A stretch of 63,036 bases of DNA, the filler included, from Reticulomyxa filosa (taxonomy: Eukaryota; Protista; Foraminifera): NCBI GenBank assembly GCA_000512085.1. It is 24 parts of 24 records of this genome, joined end to end, with 100 filler letters (N's around TTAATTAATTAA, not from the genome) between each part and the next. Parts side by side here need not be neighbours in the genome. Positions count along the whole stretch, not along the records: positions 34,448 to 38,443 come from ASPP01044239.1; positions 38,544 to 42,275 come from ASPP01028852.1; positions 42,376 to 43,441 come from ASPP01000545.1; positions 43,542 to 45,481 come from ASPP01006590.1; positions 45,582 to 53,067 come from ASPP01026505.1; 19 more parts are not named here. One strand, given 5' to 3'. Positions within the stretch are counted from its first letter, which is position 1. Each line of letters opens with the position of its first letter. A program made the position numbers and the translations under genes. The notes under the pieces were generated by a model. It saw nothing but the letters and a program-made list of their open reading frames with translations, was not told the DNA's origin and searched no databases. This document shows positions 34,448-48,619 of this stretch, one piece after another.

Positions 34448-37400
34448 TGAATGCAGATATATTAGAAAGAGCATCAAATGTGTTTGAACTGTCTTGCCAA
34501 CATATCAATCTCGACAAATTTATCAAACAAGTGTTTCATTCCTTTTTAGGCGAAGTCGTTGTGTACTTTGAAAGAATCAGTCAAAAGATTGCATCTCTTT
34601 TTGAAAAACAGAGATATCAGGCCTTTGATGAAATCAAAGATTTTATGTTCGTCATGGACAATCTTCGCAAAATAAAAGCAGTGGAACAAAGGACTCAACG
34701 AAGTTATTTCCAAACTATTGAAAGAATATTTGGATATGTGCGTGACGTTCATAAGGATGTTGAATTGATGCTCCCTTTGTTGATGAAACAAGATCCATCG
34801 TTTGATTACAGTCGACTTTTTGAGTGTATAGGTTGTGTGTATCGATCCAAATGGATTGAGGAGCGTCAAGAAGAAAGAGGCAGTAATTTGATGGATGCAA
34901 TCAAGGAAAAATTGATGCTGCATCTATGTGAATTGAAACAGTCGAGTAAATGTTTAGAATTGGATATCGATCATCCAGATCATTTGGAGCAAGGTCGAAA
35001 GATAGTCGAACATTTGGAGAAATTAAATAGGTTAGAGTCAATCATTCCCGAAATTACCAATTATCACAAAGAAGTTGGAATGAAAATTGAACATGCAATT
35101 CGAGCGACAGTGTCCACAATTGAGCATGAATTTTCATTGGAAAAAAGAAGTGTGAATTATCACAAAGAGATTAAAGAACAATTGGAGAAATTAAAAGTGT
35201 ATGCCGAAAGTCTCAATCATGCTAATGCATATTTACAACGAAAGGAATTGAAGAATGCACATGAATTAGATTCCCGAATCCAATCCATTGAAGACGAAAT
35301 AAAAATGAATAATACAGACTTTGAAAAAAAAAAAAACAATTTTGATAAACAAATTCAGAGAATAGATGAAAAAATTTCGAAATTGATGGATATTAAGCAG
35401 AGTTTTCAACAATTAGCCATAAAAAAGAATCAGAAGAACAAAATTCCGCAGAAATCCATTGGCTTTTTGAAAAAACAAGGTTATGGATCAATTGGACAAG
35501 TTGAAGAACAAGAAAAACGGGCAAAGGCTGAATCTGAAACACTAAAAAAAAAAAAACAAGAATTAGAAAAAACTCAGACACAACACATTGAAGAATTAGA
35601 TAAAAATTTGAAAGAATATCAACAAATTCAAAAAGAGTTCCATCAATTGCAACAAAAAGAAAAAGTGACGTTGGATACTGTTTCCGAATTTTTAAAAAGT
35701 CGAGGTTTCTCGGACTTGGAAATCCCAAGATTGGCCAATAACGAAAATGAACTTATCGGAAAGATTGGAAAATATGAGCGTGAAATCGATAATATCAAAG
35801 GCGCCGACTACATATTCGATATACTCAATGCCTCAAGAACTGAAAAAGTATTACATTATTTGAAAAAATGCAAAGAGACTATTTCTTTTACAGACATTGT
35901 GACAGTCAACGATCAAAGAGAAGAGAAAAAGCAAAGTACATTGAGACAAGATCTTGTTGCGACATTATGTTTGATGGAACGCTATTTGCAATGTTATGGT
36001 GAATTTGTTCAAAATCAACTTCGATGGTTGGATTATACGGAAATATCGTCAGCACTCAATACAGATACAAATGAGTTTATGGAAAAAGTGGAGGTGATTG
36101 TGAGTCGACTGTATGAGATAAATAAATTGGAAAAGAATCATCCTGTGATATTTGCATTTTTTCCATCAGATATGTTGAGACAATTTTACATCAAACTTGA
36201 AAAGACTTGGCTGAATCTGTTTGATGAAATGATGAAATTGGAAAAACAAAGTAATTTGCCAGCATTGAAAGCCAAACTATTTGTAACCAAGACATTAAGT
36301 ACCTTGGATGAGTACGCCAAGCCCAGTTGTAAATTTCATGATTTATTTTTGAAGCATCAAGAAGCTCTATTTAATAATGTCATCGACACTGGCAAAGTGT
36401 TAAAAGCCATGGATGAACATCGCTACACTGATGTCGCTGCAGAAATATTCAAAATCAATCAACGCAAAGATGGAGATGGGCAAGCGGAAAGAGTGCTTGA
36501 GGAGCTCAAAAACCCTCTGTCGTGTTCGTTGAGAGCTTTGGCCAAAACTACAATGATGAAAGTGTTGACTCTGGGCGATAATGAAGTGGATTTAAAAAAT
36601 GTAATTAAGTTAGAGAGACAATTGCAAGCAATCGAAGATGCCAAAAAATGTGTGTTTAAATACGTAGAGGAAAATACTATAAAAGAAATCGAAAAGATAG
36701 AGTCTGAAACGAAGTCATCAATCCAAGTGTGGATGCTTAAAGTGGTGGCGACTGTGAAGGCTGCCATCAATTGCTACAATTTTCGGGAAGCGGAGGATAA
36801 GATCAAACTGACTCGAAAAATTACTCGCATTTTAGGAAATTATTTTGAACAAATTTCTTTTGATGACAACAAAGAAGAAAAGGCGAAGGAAAAAATCGGC
36901 AAAATTTTCAATAGTGTCGATCAATTGGAACAACAACTGCAAAAGGTATTGGAAACAGTTGTTGAAAAATATAAAAGGATTGATTTAAAGACATCAGATT
37001 TTAACCCATATGCTTCCAATCCACCCAAGAATCTGTATGTCAAATTGGATAAAGTGATGCATACTGCCTCCACGTATAATTACAAAGAATCATGGGATGC
37101 AATTGAAGAGGACATTACCCAAAAAGTCCGAGATCAATTACAAGAGATTCGCAAACAAGTGAAAGAATTCGATTCGCGGAAATTGGAGACACGTATCCTA
37201 TTTTGTGAATCAGTGCTAAATTCGTTGCCCAAACACATGCAAGAAATACTTGGGGATGAGATCAAGCAATGCAATGACGAAGTAAAGTATGAAATCGAAA
37301 ATATGTTGAAAGAAGTAGAACAGGTGATTCAGAAAAGGAATGTGCAAGATATCAACGAATTACTGAATCGTAGCACTCCCAATCAAAAGAGAAACATTGA

Positions 37401-38443
37401 AGTTGGCGTCAACAAAATAGGGCAAGACATTGTTTCACAAATGGACAAGCAATGGACAGAAGAGGATACAGAAGGGGCACTCAAGAGCTTTATTGAATTA
37501 GCTCACTTTATCAAAACGTTGAAAGGGAAAATCGATTTGGATCGATACTTTAAGCAAGCTTGTGAAAGCTTGGAAAATACGTTTGACAAATATCAAAGGA
37601 ATATCATTACTAATTTTGATACTCTCGACCAAGACAAGAGTATGTTGAAATGGATGGAAAGAGCATTTACCTTTGTAATTTCTTGTATCGATTTGAAAGA
37701 CATCGATACATCTAATATGAATGAAAAGATTAAAGAGCTGCAAAATAAAACTTTGGATTATTTTACTTCGTTTCAGGAACGATATAAAAAGAGCATGGAT
37801 GCGAAGAACGCTGAGGAATTACATGTAGTGTTGGACAAGCTGAAAATAGTCGGCAAGGAGTGTCCATTTTTGCAAAAAGTGCTAGTATTCATGAAGAAAA
37901 AAGTAGAGTGTGGCATTCCTGAAGATTCTTCAACTCGCAAGCTCTGGTCGTATTCTGAAATAGCACATGATCTTAATGTGAACTTGGAAAAGATGATGGA
38001 TGATATAACCAATGAAGGACTTGTCAATGAAAAGACAAAAAGCAACGACATGGAACGAGATCGATTTTTTAGTCAGCTCAAAGAAAAACTTGACTTTGTT
38101 AAACGGGTATCGCAATGGGAAAGTCATCTTACCAATCTCCAAAAATTAGCTAGTTGCGAAGCCAAATTGGAAAAAGAAGTGGAGAGTCTTATGAAACGAA
38201 TAAGTGCGATCACGGCATGGAGCCCAGATGATTGTAATCAGACCAATTTGTATTTCAGTTGTTTTATGTCTATGCAAAAAAACGGAGTCCTTTCCAGTAT
38301 CGTGAAACTGCACATTGATACCATTGATAATATCGTGAAAAATCGGATGGAAAAACTTGAAGGTGATGCCATAACCACTTTGAATGTAGACAATGTGATA
38401 CCAAGATTATTATCCATGAAAACAATGTCTCTCTATATGTTCA
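34448..38443 (+). CDS. Internal fragment of a giant intronless alpha-helical/coiled-coil protein (>1,330 aa, open at both ends)
   Basis: The whole contig is one stop-free frame, rich in K/E/L/I, with a long coiled coil at ~aa 225-440 and no catalytic motif visible. Confidence 0.85.
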
Positions 38444-39339
38444 NNNNNNNNNNNNNNNNNNNNNNNNNNNNNNNNNNNNNNNNNNNNTTAATTAATTAAN
38501 NNNNNNNNNNNNNNNNNNNNNNNNNNNNNNNNNNNNNNNNNNNATGGGGACAAATGGCAGATTAAAAATAAATCGGAAAAAAAAAAACAGATGCAAAGAC
38601 ACGAAAAAAAGTGTAAGTATGTTTCAAAAAAGCAAAAGTTCAAAGTCATCATTTGGAGCAATTTGAATTGCTGTTCGCTAGTTCAACGACGCCCAAGCCA
38701 ATGGATGTATCCACCGAACGTGCAACCAAGAATGCATTGCATTCCAGCTGAAAAACAACCTTTGCATTTTGCTCAGCCACATCATTGGTACAATGGTAAT
38801 GGCAGCAGTTGTAATAATGACCACACCCCTTCTTTTCACAACGCCGACGCCGCCACCACTCATGACGATGTTTTCACCGACACCGAAACAGGTACTGACA
38901 TTGGAGTAGCTTTCGGTGATGCTGATAATGATAATAATGATAATAATGATAATAATGATAACACAATGGTGACAAGAATTGCAATGACTACGACAATGGC
39001 AATGATATGTGTATGGGCATCTCGACAGCGATCACAAATCTGCTATCGTTCACGCACACGTGTCCAGCCCATGAAAAACTTAGACCAGCCAAGGAAGAGT
39101 TTTCCATTACCGACTCCGAGGAACGTACACAACAGCCGCACTTACATACATTGCTTCAGCTATAGTTGACATGCAACGACACGAAATTCGGCCATTTCCA
39201 ACACATATGTCCAAATAGTCCTCTTCATATCCTTTCTACGAACAATTCTGAGTGCATTTCAAAAGAGGTCTCGCAACAACATGTATTTAATGCTGACTAT
39301 GAACAAAACGGACTCTGTCCAAGTTGGTGCAGCCGATGA

Positions 39340-40130
39340 TACAAGGCGAAATAGGCTAAGTGTTTTACTGGATTGAAAAAGATATTTTTGCGATCTTTGT
39401 ACAAGGGGACAACAAGGAAAGAAAAATTGAAGTGGTCAGACCTAAAGAGACAATTATATATTTGGGATTTTGTCCAAACAATTGGACGTTTCTGGTGTTA
39501 CCGACAATTTTGTCTTGGAATTGTGTGCACAAGATCTTAAAGATGGACAGACAGTCACGAATTTTTGGGAAATAGTTAACAGAGTATTCAACATTTCCAG
39601 CAACACGCTACACATGTGTTCCACGTATCATGCTTATGGGTTGAATGGCATTATTATATGAACAGATGCAGCGGTAAACATGGTTTGCAATTTGGGGATT
39701 AAAGACACAGCCTCATTCAAAAGTGCATATGCTTGAGTTGTTATTTGATTGCTTAAGTACATTTGAGACAAGATGTCTTCAAGAGAAGGTATAGTCATAT
39801 GGCAATATGCCAAACAATACTATTTTATATATGCATAAAATGTTCGAATAATTGGTATAAAGCAAATATACTATAAACTAAACATCATAACTTTGACAAA
39901 GGCAGATGTTTTTTTGTCGTGTTTGCCTTGTAGAACCGACACACATCCATGGCAATATCTCCGACCTTGGTGACTAGGTTGTCAAGGACAAAATCAAAAT
40001 TGCTGAACATTGCCCTACATTCGATATACTCGTTCAATTGTATCTCCAAATCCACCCCATAGTCGATGCTATCGATGACATGGACAATCATTTCCAAGTG
40101 CAACGCTGCCTTGCAACCTTTGACTCACCT
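39340..40130 (-). pseudogene. VPS35L: VPS35L (C16orf62, Retriever subunit) pseudogene fragment
   Basis: IDYGVDLEIQLNEYIECRAMFSNFDFVLDNLV..AMDV..YKANTTKK, YCLAYCHMTIPSLEDI and QAYALLNEAVSLIPKL parallel recalled VPS35L segments ([51 protein letters not shown]). Stops and deletions follow downstream. Confidence 0.7.
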
Positions 40131-40249
40131 CCAGCAACGTCGTCGCACAATTTTGTGTTTTGTTGTGCTTTTGATTGGGTGAGAGAATTTTGTAAAGTGT
40201 AATAAAAAAATAATTAAAAAAAAAACTTACATAAAATTCTTTTGATATG

Positions 40250-40600
40250 CTCTGCCTCAACATAAGGGCTGTGTGGTATCTTCCCCCTCCACAGGACCCA
40301 ACTGTTGCACCTTTTGCTTCAAACTTGAGCGTCTGTCCATCCATGCATGTATCAATTGTCACTAAAAAAAAAATGACATATTATATGTGTGTATTTTTTC
40401 TTTTTTAAAAAAATGTGTCATGCTATTGCTCGTAAATATAACAGTTTGCAAACTTTGGAAATATCTTTATTGGTGACACAGTTGTTTGCGTCAGAGGATT
40501 GATATACAAAGTCGTAATCAAAGTTTTTGTCCGCGTTCTTCATTTGATCTGTCAACCACAGAGAATTGTCTTGCATTTTCACAATCATTTTGTTTTTCAC
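40250..40600 (-). pseudogene. Possible divergent kinesin motor N-terminal fragment
   Basis: IVKMQDNSLWL..KNFDYDFVY..TNKDI and IDTCMDG..FEAKGATVGS loosely resemble kinesin F.FD.V and GYN.TIFAYGQTGSGKT, but the P-loop GKT is missing. Confidence 0.3.
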
Positions 40601-41559
40601 TCTTCGTAACGGTAATTACATGATGAAGATTGTAATGCTCCTTTTCAATTTTATTTTTTTAACTTCTTTTTTTACCGGTTGGAAAATACTTTTTCAATTT
40701 CAACAACAAAAAAACTACACAAAAGTTACATACTGTGTAATATGCATTATAAATGCGATTGAATATCTATTTCTGCCACTCGAGTTTGGTTTTTTTTAAC
40801 AATAAAAATCAAAAATGAAACAAAAAGTTGCTTGTAATTGTAAGAAGGAGAAAAAAAAAGACTAATTTCACGTCTAGATAAGTTTGCACCACAATCATGC
40901 ATGCACGTATTAACCTAAAAAAAAAGTTGATAATGTGTTAACAACACATGGCAAATAACCAAGTGGTTTGTTCGCAAACTGGAAATCACATCAAGGTCAG
41001 TGGAGATCAATATCAACGCTTGGACTTGACAGTGAACGCATTGCACAATCGACAAAGTAGCATGTTAAAAAAGTCTCAAGTGCATCACCAAACCACAATA
41101 ATGCGACGAACCAGTTCCAAGCTGAGGACAACACAGGGCAAATGGAAGATTAGGATGATAAGATGAACGACGTTGACGGGGAGGATTATGACCAAGACGA
41201 AACCAAACTCGCATGCAGTGTATTTCACGCAAAGCATGGCTTCGATTCATCGCCTTCTATCGTCGCGGCTAGCCCTTTTTTTGGTCGAGTATAATTCACT
41301 TTTGTGTTCACTGCTGAACCCGCATCAAGCATCGGTCTATCAAATGTGTTGCGAGGCCTACTTTTGCGTTGTTTCGTCGTCGTCTCGACATGCTCAGTCG
41401 CAGCGTGACGATGGACAAGTTCGTCGATTAACAGCAAATCGGGAATCTGCAGTGCAACATCTCGGTGCACATGAAGCAGGTACGATTGTGTCTCAGCAAC
41501 AGGAATGCGGAGAAGAACTTATCCACGCGGACATGCGCAACTGCAACATGACATATGCA

Positions 41560-41760
41560 GTGTGAATCAATGTCGATTGGAAGACATCGACACTGCAGTG
41601 GAATGAATTCAGGTCGGAAGTACCAACTATCGAGACATGAGCTAGTAGTGTAACATTTCAGGCATGCCAATGTCGTTGGAGAACAAGTACATTCTAGCCC
41701 ATTCGCATCTATCACTTTGGCAGGATCTGGGTTTGGCGAAACGTCCACCGACTTCCAATT
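41560..41760 (-). pseudogene. Cys-rich, possibly FAM72-like fragment
   Basis: DVSP...CTCSPTTLACLKC..SSCL..WYF resembles the recalled FAM72 pattern TDIPP...CKCKLKDIACLKC...CSSCL...WMF with an internal deletion. Confidence 0.3.
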
Positions 41761-44700
41761 GGACGATGTCAGTGTTTTGTTCCGACGTCATTTGGTCTTC
41801 TTGTTGAGCTATCCGATCCAATCACAAATTCCGATTTTTCTTTTTTTTTTCGTTTTTCGTTTTTATGATGAATATTTTACACTTGATTTTTGAAACTCAA
41901 AGAAAATTACCAGGAAGTTTGATATATCTTCAAATGTTGCTTTTTTGTTTTTTTTAAGGAAAAGAATTTGTTATGAATGTTATGTTTTTGTATTCAAACT
42001 GAAAAATGAAAAAACACGTTTGAAAAAGTGTGCATATGAAAACGATGTCAATTATAGATCACTGTTTGTTTGATTGTTTGATACTTTTTTTAAAAAAAAG
42101 ACGACAATGAGTGGTGCCTTGTGCGGATATGTGATATCGATTCAATGCTGAGTGTATTATGTTCCAACGTCGAAAGCTAATCGTTGTATTGGAATCGAAT
42201 AGGTAAACAAAAGTTGCAATTGAGTATAGACGGCGGATAGCACTTGTCGGAGTTATCGACATTGAATTCACAACTNNNNNNNNNNNNNNNNNNNNNNNNN
42301 NNNNNNNNNNNNNNNNNNNTTAATTAATTAANNNNNNNNNNNNNNNNNNNNNNNNNNNNNNNNNNNNNNNNNNNNGATTAAAAAATTAAAATATCGAGCT
42401 AAAAAAAATATTAAAATAATTATGAAAGATTTAATAAAAAAACCAAAATGATATTTAAAAACTACACGATTTGCAGATATTTTTAAAAAAATTATGTCTG
42501 GATGTTGTTTTTCATGAATAAAATCAATTATATCTATAATGTATAAATACACCCCAAAAAATGTGGATTTCTTTTTTTATTTGACTTGTATATCTTTATT
42601 GAAAAGAGCTAAAGTAAAAAATAATTACATTCTTTTTTCTAAGTGGTTTGAAAAATTCAATGTTAAAAAACGTTTAAAATTAATTATACTTAATAATATT
42701 AAAGTATTTAACTTACAATAAACATAGAAGAAAGCAAAAATTATTACGGTGAAGCAATATCTTTGAAAATGCTTTTAGATTGAAAATCTATGCAAAAAAT
42801 GTGTCTAAAATTGGAAAAAAGCATTTCAAACAACTGGAATATCAATAGAAATAATATATCATTAAGAAAATATATTTTTAGTGATAAAATGAGTATACGA
42901 GTGGTCAGATTGTTGTAACTTAGAAATGTGAAACTGCAAATGACAAACTGACATCATATCATTTGCATAAAAAAATAAAAATTTCTTTTAAACACAAATG
43001 TAAAAGTTTGTTAAATTGATTATTTTTTCTTTACAGTTTGATAGATATGTAATAAAAAATATTTTTATTATAAAAAAAAAAGATAAAACTCTGGAATTTT
43101 AAAATATTCTTCACATTGCTCACGGAGAACGCTGTTTTATATGTTCGTGCGAGTAGTCGCTGCAAATATACTGCTATTTATGCCTCTCCAGAGTAAATTA
43201 AGCGCATAGCAAGCCTATCATCTATATCAGTCCAAGTTTTAGGACATCTAGAGCCTCTTTTGCGTGTAATGTTCCATTATTGATGATGCTGATGTAAAAT
43301 TTTTTTGCTGTGTCATGATTTATCACAAATTGCTAGCCAGCATCACGATACGACATTATCATACGTATTCTTTCAAATAAAATTCATTATTGTATTACAG
43401 ACAGCTTGTGAGTCATGACTAGAAGCCAAAGAATAACAATANNNNNNNNNNNNNNNNNNNNNNNNNNNNNNNNNNNNNNNNNNNNTTAATTAATTAANNN
43501 NNNNNNNNNNNNNNNNNNNNNNNNNNNNNNNNNNNNNNNNNATTTGTCGAAGTTTCATTTTTTTTTTTTTTTTTTTTGTTTTTCACATTTTGTTGTTTTC
43601 TTTATTTGTTGCATTGTTTTTTTTTAGGCTTCTATTGACGGATGGCCACAAGTTTTCATTATCACAACCAGAGAGGTTAATAAACGTGAGCAGTTGATGA
43701 TGTGCTATGGAATTTCCTATGGGCAATGTATAACACAACACACAGACTATCTTCGGCACACCAAAAGAAGGCTCCAAATTCCCAAGATTGCTGAGCCTAT
43801 TAATTTGTCTGATTGAATAATCTCCTTTCCAGTTCGTGCTCATGATTATTTTTCTTTCTGTGTTTAAATAGAGAAATATTAGAAATTTTCTAAGTTGAAC
43901 AATAAGGTGACAACAAAACAAAAAAAGATTTGAGAAAAAAAGCACTAATGCTACAATATTTGTGTATCAACATATACAATAAAGTGTGCAAATATTTGAA
44001 ATGTCAACACTTCAAAAAAAAAAGTGCTTAAGTGATTCTTCAGTAAAAAACTAAAATCCATTTTAAAACTTGATTCATAGACATTTTTAAAAAAAAAAAT
44101 TGTATTAATGTTGTTTCTTCGTGGAGAAAATGTAGTATCTTTATAATATATCCCTTTATGTGGCAACTTTCATTTGTACTTTAAGTGAGTAAGTGCTCTC
44201 TTTTAGTTTATGCGTCCAGAATCAGATTTTGTACTGGTTATCTTAGACTAGCATAATTGTTTGATTCTTGAATAAAGAATATTTACTTAGTTCTGTTGTT
44301 CTTGTCTGGTGTTTACGCTATTTCGCTTGACGTCGGCGTTTGGTGTCTATAAATTTTTAAGTTGTTTGTCTTGCAAACATGTGAACATTCGATCAATCAC
44401 CTTTGGTGTTGTTTTTTTCAATTGTTTGACTTGCTAGTTGCACAATGATGATACGCATTTTTTTATTTTATTTGGGTATTGCCAGCAAACGCAACACAAA
44501 ATATTTTTCTCCTTGGGGCAAATAAAACAATTCATTTGTCGTCGAAAAACAAAATTTTTGTTAGAACATTGATTTGTTACTAAGAATTGAGAAATTTAAT
44601 TTTTAACATTTAATTAATAATATGCAGTTCGCTTTTGTTTTTAATCTAACAAAAACTAGTTTAATACAATTGTGAAACAAAACATTTAATGTTTGAGTTT

Positions 44701-44990
44701 TATTTTGGAATCTACAAACATATTGTTTGTGGGAAAAGTCAATAATGCTGGTAAAAAATAAATATGTTTGATGTTTAAATGCCTCATTCCCACAAACACT
44801 CAATATTCGAATTATTGCTTCATTTGCATTAGTTTTGTTTTTTTTTCCAATCGACCAACAAAACGAAAAAAAAGGATGTTCAACTGCAGCTTTGACACAA
44901 TTACTTATATAGAAAGAAGTATGTGCCAACAAGTGAAGAGGGGGAGTAAAAAAAAACAACAAAGGATTGTTGTGGCCTAAAGATGTTTTT

Positions 44991-45481
44991 TCAGATATGA
45001 TATTTTGCTTTCAAATATTCAAAGACCAATCTCCGCCACATTTTGACCATGAATGCTTGTGTGTCCTTTTCCAAAACCATTTTAAGTTGACTTGCAATTT
45101 GTTGAGAAGAGAAGTGATTATTGAGCAATCCAACAACAAATTTGGTTAAATCTTGTGCCTCTTTCCCTAAATACTGTGCAAAGCGTTGATTTAACCATGC
45201 CTCCATGGTGTTTTCAACAATTTTTTTTTCGTCAATGATCGACCAATCCAATGGAAAGGCCAGTAGTTCATTATCTGCAGCAGGTATCAGTTCGATTAAT
45301 TCCTGTGAATATTTGATTTTCGCGGGCAATTGGATTGTGAACGGCGTTATTTTGTCTTCTTCTCCTTCCGCATCTGTAGTCCCTTCTGCTTTCTGTTTCT
45401 TCACTGTCGAGTCATTCGCGTCAGTCTTGTCATTTTTCGCAGGGCCTTTTTCACTTCCATTTTCATGTGAACTGAGCGAAG
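44991..45481 (-). CDS. RBM25: RBM25/Snu71-type PWI-domain splicing factor, C-terminus
   Basis: LIELIPAADNELLAFPLDWSII..WLNQRFAQYLG..LTKFV..MVLEKDTQAFMVKMWRRLVFE matches the RBM25 PWI domain (IPTAKPELFAYPLDWSIV..FIVKMWRLLIYE). Confidence 0.85.
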
Positions 45482-45581
45482 NNNNNNNNNNNNNNNNNNN
45501 NNNNNNNNNNNNNNNNNNNNNNNNNTTAATTAATTAANNNNNNNNNNNNNNNNNNNNNNNNNNNNNNNNNNNNNNNNNNNN

Positions 45582-45935
45582 CTAACTTTTTAGTATTGGC
45601 CTTACAAATTTTATTCAATTCGAGCATAGTAAGTAAATAAATTTGCCCACATTCCACCCACTTTTTTAAAATTGTCTCTTTGTCGATATGTACACTAAAA
45701 TCTTCCAGTAATGTCAATAACTTTCTCTGTTGCTCGATAGATGTCCTAATATCATAACACAGTTGTAATCACTGTTATTTAGGAAAAGTGTTAACACATT
45801 GTTTTATAACCGGTTGTCAGTGACAAAGTTAAGAAGCTCATTTGCTTCGTTCAAGTCCCCATTGCAATAATCACAAATCCTTGAAATTATCTCTTTTTCT
45901 ATCTTCGAAAAAGATAGTGCAAGCTGTGAGAGCAT
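45582..45935 (-). CDS. Hypothetical protein N-terminus with a CUE/UBA-like helical motif (may be a pseudogene)
   Basis: MLSQLALSFSKIEKEIISRICDYCNGDLNEANELL, with the frame interrupted (intron or lesion) before LLTLLEDF..KETILKKW. Confidence 0.35.
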
Positions 45936-46889
45936 TTTTCAAAAAAAATTAGAGTGATATATGTTCGTTAGGTACCCTTTTTTAAGTGTAAGCGTTCAAT
46001 TTTTTTTTAATAAAAGTGAACACAGTAAAATAACTCCAATCAACACCATCTTAAAAAAAGTTGGATGAATTGTAATAATTCCAAATTATTTTCACAAGGA
46101 CAAGTGAAGCATAAAGGCAATGTAGGAAAAATGAAGAATTTTTAATTTGGTCTTTTCCACTACGCGTTGCATATTTTGAGGTGTGTAAATTACTTTATTT
46201 ATTTCTTCGTGTACTTTTTCTCTTCCATTTTATAACTTTTCAAATAACTTTTTTTTGTCAGCTGGCGTGTATTACAAAAATACAAAACAACCGAAGAGAA
46301 TCTTTTTTGGAAATCATCTGCTTTGGTTATGGTATTATTCGTTATTAACGTGCATTCAAGTTTGCAAGCTGTGTTTCGTTTTTCCGCTGCAACTTAAAAA
46401 AGATCACTATATACCACAAAAAAACAATAAAGAACGTCCACATAAAGGAGTTCATTGTCTATGGGCACTGTTGTCAACTCGAGACGAATTAAAAAGACAG
46501 ACCACTTTGGATGAGATTAATTTGACGAGGTTCAAAAAAAAGGAAAGGGCACGTGCAGAATTAGTGAGCCTTTTTTTTTGGGATGACATATATGAGTGTA
46601 TTATACGTACCTTGAAGTAAAAAAAAGAAAATAATAATAATGATATTTACAGCAACCGAAGAATTAACTATTTGGAGAATATACAACTTAGATGCAATTG
46701 GTGTGAGAGGCTCTGTTTCACTTGTAGAAATACTTATTAATAATGTGAATAATAAATACACGAGTCCGTCATTCTTTTTAGTGTGCGCACGTGATTGTCC
46801 TTGTGATTACATAGGTTAAAGAAGAAATGTACGCGTACACATATAAAGATGAACAAGTGATGAGCCCTGTAAGCACAAAACAATGATAG

Positions 46890-47530
46890 ATTTGTGGGAG
46901 GAATGCAACATGGTGCGGGTCAAGGAAAGTACCCAACGGAGTTGAGAGCCTTAATACGATTATGTGGTGATGTAATGGAAGAAGAAGAGTTGAAGAGACA
47001 ACTCGAAGAAAACAATGGTAATATATTTATGATCATTGAAAAGATAGTCTCTACATTGATAACGCAAAAAGTTAGTTTACACTCGGTTCAAACAAAAATT
47101 GATAAGTATTTAGTTGAACATTTTATACAAATAGAAAGCTGATAATGCAAATGCAGAGAATAAGACACAAGAATTAGAAAATGAAAGTAAACAAATTACA
47201 GTCTTACATAGTATGAATGATGATATTAAAAATAATTTAATTGAAATAACACATCAATGATGTACTCATGGCCATTTACAAAACAACAAATACAATCTAG
47301 AAATAACAAGTATATGAAGTATTTAATGATCAATGGATCGATATTCACACTCAAAAACGTTATTTTCAAATTATCTGAATTGGGATGTAGCATTTGGAAA
47401 GCAACTTTCAAAAATTGGAAGGACATTCTGATACTATTACTTCATACAATTCTCGCTGATGGATTTAAAATGGTATCAGCTTCAAATGACAAAACTATTC
47501 GATTGTGGAAACTTCCTTCTCAATCATAAA
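46890..47530 (+). pseudogene. Decayed gene with a UBA-like segment and a WD40 repeat remnant
   Basis: ELRALIRLCGDVMEEEELKRQLEENNGNIFMIIEKIV, then KLEGHSDTIT / DGFKMVSASNDKTIRLW in different frames. Confidence 0.55.
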
Positions 47531-48619
47531 ATTAACTTCTCTGATTCAGAAGACAATCTTTGTTTGTGGAACTGTATTTGGCAGGGAGTTCCATATTGTG
47601 GTTTATCGATGAAGAGAAGTATTTGGAAAGGTGCGAAAGGTTTAATTTCATCACACATATTTTTAGGTAATTGAACTTTCACAACGATTTTGGTCGATTA
47701 AACCTTCTTTTGAAACGTAGTTCTTTTATGGCATGTAAATAAAAAGATTTCGTTTGTCAAATTGAATGATGAAAAATTCATTTTCATGGCCAAAGAACTT
47801 CACATATTACCAACTTTCAATCACTGCTCTTTTTTTTTCTCGTCTTTTTGTTCCTTTCTTATAAGTATTCTTGACACTACTCGAGGTCTTTTTGTCAGGA
47901 ATAGTGACAAGAATCAATTCGTATTTTGTACATTCGACACTTAAGTGTGGCTCTTGACTACTAATGTTATTTTTTTTGATATAAAAGTCTATTCCATATT
48001 ATCTGTAATTAATTCTAACTATCAGTTTTTTCAAAGACATAAATGAAAACCAAATTGAATCTATCCGCATATTTTTGATTTCTTTTAGATTTAAATATTA
48101 AAATTTAGAAATTTTTTACGATGAATTAATTTGATCGAAGATGTCAGGTGAGCTGGAGAAATAACATTGAAATTATTTTTAAAAATCAAAAGAAACTACA
48201 ATTATGACAAAAACCCTTGCTGGCACCGCAACCACCCTTTCTAATGTTCGATGGGCAGGTGTTGTATTCTTTGAGACCTATATTATATAAGTATGTATTG
48301 ACCATACATGTTTCAAGTGTTTTCCAATCACATTATAAAAAAATATTAAACTTGGAAACACAGGTTGCGTAGCTCACCACTTTCAATCAATTATGAGCAC
48401 ATTACACTGATATGGACCTTTTTTTTTTTCCAAATTATACGTTATACAAAGAATAATACCATGATCCATAATCGATGCACGCCGTTGCTATTACCATTAC
48501 CATTGTTGCTGGGGGGTTCACTTCAGCATCAATGACAATATTAACAGCAACAACTCGCCCATTTCCATTTGCACATCTTTAAATATCTATTCAAAAAGTT
48601 CAAGCAATAAACAAATATA

